A stretch of DNA of 64,000 bases from Eledone cirrhosa (taxonomy: Eukaryota): NCBI GenBank assembly GCA_964016885.1, contig OZ024742.1:12710001-12774000 (forward strand). Reading direction: 5' to 3'. The translations under genes were made by a program, and so were the position numbers. Below, piece by piece: positions 54,449-64,000 of this stretch (position 1 is the stretch's first letter; every line of letters starts with the position of its first letter). The notes under the pieces are model-generated. The model was not told where the DNA came from. It saw only the letters and a program-made list of their open reading frames with translations, and did not search any database.

Positions 54449-57400
54449 AGCCTCATGTTTGCCATGCCTGATATAGATTATATCTAAACAGCAAGCCTTG
54501 TAAAGGGCCTCATGTTTGCCATGCCTCATATAGATTATATCTAAACAGCAAGCCTTGTAAAGAGCCTCATGTTTGCCATGCCTGATATAGATTATATCTA
54601 AACAGCAAGCCTTGTAAAGGGCCTCATGTTTGCCATGCCTGATATAGATTATATCTAAACAGCAAGCCTTGTAAAGGGCCTCATGTTTGCCATGCCTGAT
54701 ATAGATTATATCTAAACAGCAAGCCTTGTAAAGGGCCTCATGTTTGCCATGCCTGATATAGATTATATCTAAACAGCAAGCCTTGTAAAGAGCCTCATGT
54801 TTGCCATGCCTGATATAGATTATATCTAAACAGCAAGCCTTGTAAAGGGCCTTATGTTTGCCATGCCTGATATAGATTATATCTAAACAGCAGGCAAGCC
54901 TTGTAAAGGGCCTCATGTTTGCCATGCCTGATATAGATTATATATAAACAGCAAGCCTTGTAAAGGGCCTCATGTTTGCCATGCCTGATATAGATTATAT
55001 CTAAACAGCAAGCCTTGTAAAGAGCCTCATGTTTGCCATGCCTGATATAGATTACATCTAAACAGCAGGCAAGCCTTGTAAAGAGTCTTATGTTTGCCAT
55101 GCCTGATATAGATTATATCTAAACAGCAAGCCTTGTAAAGAGCCTCATGTTTGCCATGCCTGATATAGATTATATCTAAACAGCAGGCAAGCCTTGTAAA
55201 GGGCCTCATGTTTGCCATGCCTGATATAGATTATATCTAAACAACAAGCCTTGTAAAGAGCCTCATGTTTGCCATGCCTGATATAGATTATATCTAAACA
55301 GCAAGCCTTGTAAAGGGCCTCATGTTTGCCATGCCTGATATAGATTATATCTAAACAGCAGGCAAGCCTTGTAAAGGGCCTCATGTTTGCCATGCCTGAT
55401 ATAGATTATATCTAAACAACAAGCCTTGTAAAGAGCCTCATGTTTGCCATGCCTGATATAGATTATATCTAAACAGCAAGCCTTGTAAAGGGCCTCATGT
55501 TTGCCATGCCTGATATAGATTATATCTAAACAGCAAGCCTTGTAAAGAGCCTCATGTTTGCCATGCCTGATATAGATTATATCTAAACAGCAAGCCTTGT
55601 AAAGGGCCTCATGTTTGCCATGCCTGATATAGATTATATCTAAACAGCAAGCCTTGTAAAGAGCCTCATGTTTGCCATGCCTGATATAGATTATATCTAA
55701 ACAGCAAGCCTTGTAAAGGGCCTCATGTTTGCCATGCCTCATATAGATTATATCTAAACAGCAAGCCTTGTAAAGAGCCTCATGTTTGCCATGCCTGATA
55801 TAGATTATATCTAAACAGCAAGCCTTGTAAAGGGCCTCATGTTTGCCATGCCTGATATAGATTATATCTAAACAGCAAGCCTTGTAAAGGGCCTCATGTT
55901 TGCCATGCCTGATATAGATTATATCTAAACAGCAAGCCTTGTAAAGGGCCTCATGTTTGCCATGCCTGATATAGATTATATCTAAACAGCAAGCCTTGTA
56001 AAGAGCCTCATGTTTGCCATGCCTTATATAGATTATATCTAAACAGCAAGCCTTGTAAAGGGCCTCATGTTTGCCATGCCTGATATAGTTTATATCTAAA
56101 CAGCAAGCCTTGTAAAGAGCCTCATGTTTGCCATGCCTGATATAGATTATATCTAAACAGCAAGCCTTTTAAAGGGCCTCATGTTTGCCATGCCTGATAT
56201 AGATTATATCTAAACAGCAAGTCTTGTAAAGGGCCTCATGTTTGCCATGCCTGATATAGATTATATCTAAACAGCAGGCAAGCCTTGTAAAGGGCCTCAT
56301 GTTTGCCATGCCTGATATAGATTACATCTAAACAGCAGGCAAGCCTTGTAAAGAGCCTCATGTTTGCCATGCCTGATATAGATTATATCTAAACAGCAAG
56401 CCTTGTAAAGGGCCTCATGTTTGCCATGCCTGATATAGATTATATCTAAACAGCAAGCCTTGTAAAGGGCCTCATGTTTGCCATGCCTGATATAGATTAT
56501 ATCTAAACAGCAAGCCTTGTAAAGGGCCTCATGTTTGCCATGCCTGATATAGATTATATCTAAACGGCAGGCAAGCCTTGTAAAGGGCCTCATGTTTGCC
56601 ATGCCTGATATAGATTATATCTAAACAGCAAGCCATGTAAACGGCCTCATGTTTGCCATGCCTGATATAGATCATATCTAAACAGCAAGCCTTGTAAAGA
56701 GCCTCATGTTTGCCATGCCTGATATAGATTATATCTAAACAGCAGGCAAGCCTTGTAAAGGGCCTCATGTTTGCCATGCCTGATATAGATTATATCTAAA
56801 CAACAAGCCTTGTAAAGAGCCTCATGTTTGCCATGCCTGATATAGATTATATCTAAACAGCAAGCCTTGTAAAGGGCCTCATGTTTGCCATGCCTGATAT
56901 AGATTATATCTAAACAGCAAGCCTTGTAAAGAGCCTCATGTTTGCCATGCCTGATATAGATTATATCTAAACAGCAAGCCTTGTAAAGGGCCTCATGTTT
57001 GCCATGCCTGATATAGATTATATCTAAACAGCAAGCCTTGTAAAGAGCCTCATGTTTGCCATGCCTGATATAGATTATATCTAAACAGCAAGCCTTGTAA
57101 AGGGCCTCATGTTTGCCATGCCTCATATAGATTATATCTAAACAGCAAGCCTTGTAAAGAGCCTCATGTTTGCCATGCCTGATATAGATTATATCTAAAC
57201 AGCAAGCCTTGTAAAGGGCCTCATGTTTGCCATGCCTGATATAGATTATATCTAAACAGCAAGCCTTGTAAAGGGCCTCATGTTTGCCATGCCTGATATA
57301 GATTATATCTAAACAGCAAGCCTTGTAAAGGGCCTCATGTTTGCCATGCCTGATATAGATTATATCTAAACAGCAAGCCTTGTAAAGAGCCTCATGTTTG

Positions 57401-57760
57401 CCATGCCTGATATAGATTATATCTAAACAGCAAGCCTTGTAAAGGGCCTTATGTTTGCCATGCCTGATATAGATTATATCTAAACAGCAGGCAAGCCTTG
57501 TAAAGGGCCTCATGTTTGCCATGCCTGATATAGATTATATATAAACAGCAAGCCTTGTAAAGGGCCTCATGTTTGCCATGCCTGATATAGATTATATCTA
57601 AACAGCAAGCCTTGTAAAGAGCCTCATGTTTGCCATGCCTGATATAGATTACATCTAAACAGCAGGCAAGCCTTGTAAAGAGTCTTATGTTTGCCATGCC
57701 TGATATAGATTATATCTAAACAGCAAGCCTTGTAAAGAGCCTCATGTTTGCCATGCCTGA
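43390..57760. repeat. Higher-order repeat with 2597-bp (45-mer) and 3053-bp (53-mer) variants that differ by eight 57-mers
   Basis: Offsets are +3053 for 50647/53700, 51054/54107 and 51799/54852, +3054 for 44371/47425, and +2597 for 53700/56297, 54107/56704 and 54852/57449. The difference 3053-2597 = 456 = 8x57. Marker AAACGGCAGG occurs once per unit (~44639, 47693, 50915, 53968, 56565). Confidence 0.87.
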
Positions 57761-58960
57761 TATAGATTATATCTAAACAGCAAGCCTTGTAAAGAGCCTC
57801 ATGTTTGCCATGCCTGATATAGATTATATCTAAACAGCAAGCCTTGTAAAGGGCCTCATGTTTGCCATGCCTTATATAGATTATATCTAAACAGCAAGCC
57901 TTGTAAAGGGCCTCATGTTTGCCATGCCTGATATAGTTTATATCTAAACAGCAAGCCTTGTAAAGAGTCTCATGTTTGCCATGCCTGATATAGATTATAT
58001 CTAAACAGCAAGCCTTTTAAAGGGCCTCATGTTTGCCATGCCTGATATAGATTATATCTAAACAGCAAGTCTTGTAAAGGGCCTCATGTTTGCCATGCCT
58101 GATATAGATTATATCTAAACAGCAAGCCTTGTAAAGAGCCTCATGTTTGCCATGCCTGATATAGATTATATCTAAACAGCAAGCCTTGTAAAGGGCCTCA
58201 TGTTTGCCATGCCTGATATAGATTATAACTAAACAGCAAGCCTTGTAAAGGGCCTCATGTTTGCCATGCCTGATATAGATTATATCTAAACAGCAAGCCT
58301 TGTAAAGGGCCTCATGTTTGCCATGCCTGATATAGATTATATCTAAACAACAAGCCTTGTAAAGGGCCTCATGTTTGCCATGCCTGATATAGATTATATC
58401 TAAACAGCAGGCAAGCCTTGTAAAGAGCCTCATGTTTGCCATGCCTGATATAGATTATATCTAAACAGCAAGCCTTGTAAAGGGCCTCATGTTTGCCATG
58501 CCTGATATAGATTATATCTAAACAGCAAGCCTTGTAAAGAGCCTCATGTTTGCCATGCCTGATATAGATTATATCTAAACAGCAAGCCTTGTAAAGAGCC
58601 TCATGTTTACCATGCCTGATATAGATTATATCTAAACAGCAAGCCTTGTAAAGGCCTCATGTTTGCCATGCCTGATATTGATTATATCTAAACAGCAAGC
58701 CTTGTAAAGGGCCTCATGTTTGCCATGCCTGATATAGATCATATCTAAACAGCAAGCCTTGTAAAAGCCTCATGTTTGCCATGCCTGATATAGATTATAT
58801 CTAAACAGCAAGCCTTGTAAAGGGCCTCATGTTTGCCATGCCTGATATAGATTATATCTAAACAGCAGGCAAGCCTTGTAAAGAGCCTCATGTTTGCCAT
58901 GCCTGATATAGATTATATTTAAACAGCAGGCAAGCCTTGTAAAGAGCCTCATGTTTGCCG

Positions 58961-61900
58961 TGCCTGATATAGATTATATCTAAACAGCAGGCAAGCCTTG
59001 TAAAGGGCCTCATGTTTGCCATGCCTGATATAGATTATATCTAAACAGCAGGCAAGCATTGTAAAGGGCCTCATGTTTGCCATGCCTGATATAGATTATA
59101 TCTAAACAGCAAGCCTTGTAAAAGGCCTCATGTTTGCCATGCCTGATATAGATTACATCTAAACAGCAGGCAAGCCTTGTAAAGAGCCTCATGTTTGCCA
59201 TGCCTGATATAGATTATATCTAAACAGCAAGCATTGTAAAGGGCCTTATGTTTGCCATGTCTGATATAGATTACATCTAAACAGCAGGCAAGCCTTGTAA
59301 AGGGCCTCATGTTTGCCATGCCTGATATAGATTATATCTAAACAGCAGGCAAGCCTTGTAAAGGGCCTCATGTTTGCCATGCCTGATATAGATTATATCT
59401 AAACAGCAGGCAAGCCTTCTAAAGGGCCTTTTGTTTGCCATGCCTGATATAGATTACATCTAAACAGCAGGCAAGCCTTGTAAAGAGCCTCATGTTTGCC
59501 ATGCCTGATATAGATTATATCTAAACAGCAGGCAAGCCTTGTAAAGGGCCTCATGTTTGCCATGCCTGATATAGATTATATCTAAACAGCAGGCAAGCCT
59601 TGTAAAGAGCCTCATGTTTGCCATGCCTGATATAGATTATATCTAAACAGTAGGCAAGCCTTGTAAAGGGCCTCATGTTTGCCATGCCTGATATAGATTA
59701 TATCTAAACAGCAGGCAAGCCTTGTAAAGGGCCTCATGTTTGCCATGCCTGATATAGATTACATCTAAACAGCAGGCAAGCCTTGTAAAGAGCCTCATGT
59801 TTGCCATGCCTGATATAGATTATATCTAAACAGCAAGCCTTGTAAAGGGCCTCATGTTTGCCATGCCTGATATAGATTATATCTAAACAGCAAGCCTTGT
59901 AAAGGGCCTCATGTTTGCCATGCCTGATATAGATTATATCTAAACAGCAAGCCTTGTAAAGGGCCTCATGTTTGCCATGCCTGATATAGATTATATCTAA
60001 ACAGCAGGCAAGCCTTGTAAAGGGCCTCATGTTTGCCATGCTTGATATAGATTATATCTAAACAGCAAGCCATGTAAACGGCCTCGTGTTTGCCATGCCT
60101 GATATAGATTATATCTAAACAGCAAGCCTTGCAAAGAGCCTCATGTTTGCCATGCCTGATATAGATTATATCTAAACAGCAGGCAAGCCTTGTAAAGGGC
60201 CTCATGTTTGCCATGCCTGATATAGATTATATCTAAACAGCAAGCCTTGTAAAGGGCCTCATGTTTGCCATGCCTGGTATAGATTATATCTAAACAGCAA
60301 GCCTTGTAAAGGGCCTCATGTTTGCCATGCCTGATATAGATTATATCTAAACAGCAAGCCTTGTAAAGGGCCTCATGTTTGCCATGCCTGATATAGATTA
60401 TATCTAAACAACAAGCCTTGTAAAGGGCCTCATGTTTGACATGCCTGATATAGATTATATCTAAACAGCAGGCAAGCCTTGTAAAGGGCCTCATGTTTGC
60501 CATGCCTGATATAGATTATATCTAAACAGCAAGCCTTGTAAAGGGCCTCATGTTTGCCATGCCTGATATAGATTATATCTAAACAGCAAGCCTTGTAAAG
60601 AGCCTCATGTTTGCCATGCCTGATATAGATTATATCTAAACAGCAAGCCTTGTAAAGAGCCTCATGTTTACCATGCCTGATATAGATTATATCTAAACAG
60701 CAAGCCTTGTAAAGGGCCTCATGTTTGCCATGCCTGATATTGATTATATCTAAACAGCAAGCCTTGTAAAGGGCCTCATGTTTGCCATGCCTGATATAGA
60801 TTATATCTAAACAGCAAACCTTGTAAAGAGCCTCATGTTTGCCATGCCTGATATAGATTATATCTAAACAGCAAGCCTTGTAAAGGGCCTCATGTTTGCC
60901 ATGCCTGATATAGATTATATCTAAACAGCAGGCAAGCCTTGTAACGAGCCTCATGTTTGCCATGCCTGATATAGATTATATTTAAACAGCAGGCAAGCCT
61001 TGTAAAGAGCCTCATGTTTGCCATGCCTGATATAGATTATATCTAAACAGCAGGCAAGCCTTGTAAAGGGCCTCATGTTTGCCATGCCTGATATAGATTA
61101 TATCTAAACAGCAGGCAAGCCTTGTAAAGGGCCTCATGTTTGCATGCCTGATATAGATTATATCTAAACAGCAAGCCTTGTAAAGGGCCTCATGTTTGCC
61201 ATGCCTGATATAGATTACATCTAAACAGCAGGCAAGCCTTGTAAAGAGCCTCATGTTTGCCATGCCTGATATAGATTATATCTAAACAGCAAGCCTTGTA
61301 AAGGGCCTTATGTTTGCCATGTCTGATATAGATTACATCTAAACAGCAGGCAAGCCTTGTAAAGGGCCTCATGTTTGCCATGCCTGATATAGATTATATC
61401 TAAACAGCAGGCAAGCCTTGTAAAGGGCCTCATGTTTGCCATGCCTGATATAGATTATATCTAAACAGCAGGCAAGCCTTGTAAAGGGCCTCATGTTTGC
61501 CATGCCTGATATAGATTATATCTAAACAGCAGGCAAACCTTGTAAAGGGCCTCATGTTTGCCATGCCTGATATAGATTACATCTAAACAGCAGGCAAGCC
61601 TTCTAAAGGGCCTTTTGTTTGCCATGCCTGATATAGATTATATTTAAACAGCAGGCAAGCCTTGTAAAGAGCCTCATGTTTGCCATGCCTGATATAGATT
61701 ATATCTAAACAGCAGGCAAGCCTTGTAAAGGGCCTCATGTTTGCCACGCCTGATATAGATTATATCTAAACAGCAGGCAAGCCTTGTAAAGAGCCTCATG
61801 TTTGCCATGCCTGATATAGATTATATCTAAACAGCAGGCAAGCCTTGTAAAGGGCCTCATGTTTGCCATGCCTGATATAGATTATATCTAAACAGCAGGC

Positions 61901-64000
61901 AAGCCTTGTAAAGGGCCTCATGTTTGCCATGCCTGATATAGATTACATCTAAACAGCAGGCAAGCCTTGTAAAGAGCCTCATGTTTGCCATGCCTGATAT
62001 AGATTATATCTAAACAGCAAGCCTTGTAAAGGGCCTCATGTTTGCCATGCCTGATATAGATTATATCTAAACAGCAAGCCTTGTAAAGGGCCTCATGTTT
62101 GCCATGCCTGATATAGATTATATCTAAACAGCAGGCAAGCCTTGTAAAGGGCCTCATGTTTGCCATGCCTGATATAGATTATATCTAAACAGCAAGCCAT
62201 GTAAACGGCCTCATGTTTGCCATGCCGGATATAGATTATATCTAAACAGCAAGCCTTGTAAAGGGCCTCATGTTTGCCATGCCTGATATAGATTATATCT
62301 AAACAGCAGGCAAGCCTTGTAAAGGGCCTCATGTTTGCCATGCCTGATATAGATTATATCTAAACAGCAAGCCTTGTAAAGAGCCTCATGTTTGCCATGC
62401 CTGATATAGATTATATCTAAACAGCAAGCCTTGTAAAGGGCCTCATGTTTGCCATGCCTGATATAGATTATATCTAAACAGCAGGCAAGCCTTGTAAAGG
62501 GCCTCATGTTTGCCATGCCTGATATAGATTATATCTAAACAGCAGGCAAGCATTGTAAAGGGCCTCATGTTTGCCATGCCTGATATAGATTATATCTAAA
62601 CAGCAAGCCTTGTAAAAGGCCTCATGTTTGCCATGCCTGATATAGATTACATCTAAACAGCAGGCAAGCCTTGTAAAGAGCCTCATGTTTGCAGTGCCTG
62701 ATATAGATTATATCTAAACAGCAAGCATTGTAAAGGGCCTTATGTTTGCCATGTCTGATATAGATTACATCTAAACAGCAGGCAAGCCTTGTAAAGGGCC
62801 TCATGTTTGCCATGCCTGATATAGATTATATCTAAACAGCAGGCAAGCCTTGTAAAGGGCCTCATGTTTGCCATGCCTGATATAGATTATATCTAAACAG
62901 CAGGCAAGCCTTCTAAAGGGCCTTTTGTTTGCCATGCCTGATATAGATTACATCTAAACAGCAGGCAAGCCTTGTAAAGAGCCTCATGTTTGCCATGCCT
63001 GATATAGATTATATCTAAACAGCAGGCAAGCCTTGTAAAGGGCCTCATGTTTGCCATGCCTGATATAGATTATATCTAAACAGCAGGCAAGCCTTGTAAA
63101 GAGCCTCATGTTTGCCATGCCTGATATAGATTATATCTAAACAGCAGGCAAGCCTTGTAAAGGGCCTCATGTTTGCCATGCCTGATATAGATTATATCTA
63201 AACAGCAGGCAAGCCTTGTAAAGGGCCTCATGTTTGCCATGCCTGATATAGATTACATCTAAACAGCAGGCAAGCCTTGTAAAGAGCCTCATGTTTGCCA
63301 TGCCTGATATAGATTATATCTAAACAGCAAGCCTTGTAAAGGGCCTCATGTTTGCCATGCCTGATATAGATTATATCTAAACAGCAAGCCTTGTAAAGGG
63401 CCTCATGTTTGCCATGCCTGATATAGATTATATCTAAACAGCAAGCCTTGTAAAGGGCCTCATGTTTGCCATGCCTGATATAGATTATATCTAAACAGCA
63501 GGCAAGCCTTGTAAAGGGCCTCATGTTTGCCATGCTTGATATAGATTATATCTAAACAGCAAGCCATGTAAACGGCCTCATGTTTGCCATGCCTGATATA
63601 GATTATATCTAAACAGCAAGCCTTGCAAAGAGCCTCATGTTTGCCATGCCTGATATAGATTATATCTAAACAGCAGGCAAGCCTTGTAAAGGGCCTCATG
63701 TTTGCCATGCCTGATATAGATTATATCTAAACAGCAAGCCTTGTAAAGGGCCTCATGTTTGCCATGCCTGGTATAGATTATATCTAAACAGCAAGCCTTG
63801 TAAAGGGCCTCATGTTTGCCATGCCTGATATAGATTATATCTAAACAGCAAGCCTTGTAAAGGGCCTCATGTTTGCCATGCCTGATATAGATTATATCTA
63901 AACAACAAGCCTTGTAAAGGGCCTCATGTTTGACATGCCTGATATAGATTATATCTAAACAGCAGGCAAGCCTTGTAAAGGGCCTCATGTTTGCCATGCC
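58961..64000. repeat. Duplication with 3494-bp period (~59 monomers); second copy truncated by the window end
   Basis: Offsets of +3494 (59128/62622, 59734/63228, 59966/63460, 60141/63635). Shared markers are AAGCATTG, GTAAAAGGCC, ATGCTTGAT, CTTGCAAAG and CCTGGTATAG. Confidence 0.87.

Larger units (their letters stand above)
1..64000. repeat. Tandem satellite DNA array with mixed 57-bp and 61-bp monomers, head-to-tail, extending past both window edges
   Basis: Positions 1-61 (cttgtaaagagcctcatgtttgccatgcctgatatagattatatctaaacagcaggcaagc) recur continuously to 64000. Monomers differ mainly at two dimorphic sites (AAAGAGCC/AAAGGGCC and CAGCAAGCC/CAGCAGGCAAGCC) plus sparse SNVs. ORF-track lengths step in multiples of 19 aa (57 bp). 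Confidence 0.99.

Noticed and set aside
258-63997. All minus-strand ORFs in the track (MANMR...ACCLDIIYIRHGKHEALYK...QAWQT) as protein-coding genes
   Set aside because: They are translations of the satellite. Starts and stops are set by where 61-bp monomers shift frame, lengths step by 19 aa, they overlap each other, and there is no unique domain or gene context.
1-64000. CRISPR array
   Set aside because: Repeats abut with no unique spacers, and no leader or cas genes are present.
1-64000. Telomerase-type telomeric repeat
   Set aside because: The unit is much longer than known telomerase repeats, lacks a G-rich strand, and shows multi-kb duplications typical of recombinational satellite turnover. 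A subtelomeric location cannot be excluded from this window.
1-64000. Programmed frameshift, phase-variation or information-storage code in the 57/61 and A/G pattern
   Set aside because: The pattern is adequately explained by nested tandem duplications. No recombinase, reverse transcriptase, expression site or unique flank is present to support a dedicated system.
1-64000. Embedded transposon, inversion or unique island
   Set aside because: Reading through the window I found no departure from the monomer larger than a few bases, and all ORFs lie on one strand, consistent with a single orientation.

Overview
The whole 64 kb window is one uninterrupted, single-orientation tandem satellite array of roughly 1,090 monomers (estimated as 64,000/~58.6). 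The consensus is CTTGTAAAG[A/G]GCCTCATGTTTGCCATGCCTGATATAGATTATATCTAAACAGCA[GGCA]AGC: 57 bp without the GGCA tetramer and 61 bp with it, about 39-43% GC, with no CpG. I see no genes, RNA genes, transposon insertions, CRISPR spacers, inversions or unique sequence, and neither array edge lies in the window. Every ORF in the track is a translation of the repeat: the 57-mer is stop-free in one minus-strand frame and each 61-mer shifts frame. The informative structure is higher-order. Rare marker variants define nested periods of 2897, 4605, 1412, 7162, ~2625, 6275/6276, 3053/2597 and 3494 bp. They also define left and right variant domains separated by a more diverged zone at ~36.5-41 kb, and one short marker cassette recurs 16 times across the window. 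This looks like a eukaryotic heterochromatic or (peri)centromeric-type satellite, which is inference; I do not recognise the family or organism. I found no evidence for a novel protein-based system. Periods come from ORF-track offsets and spot-checked markers read by eye, so boundaries are accurate to about one monomer.
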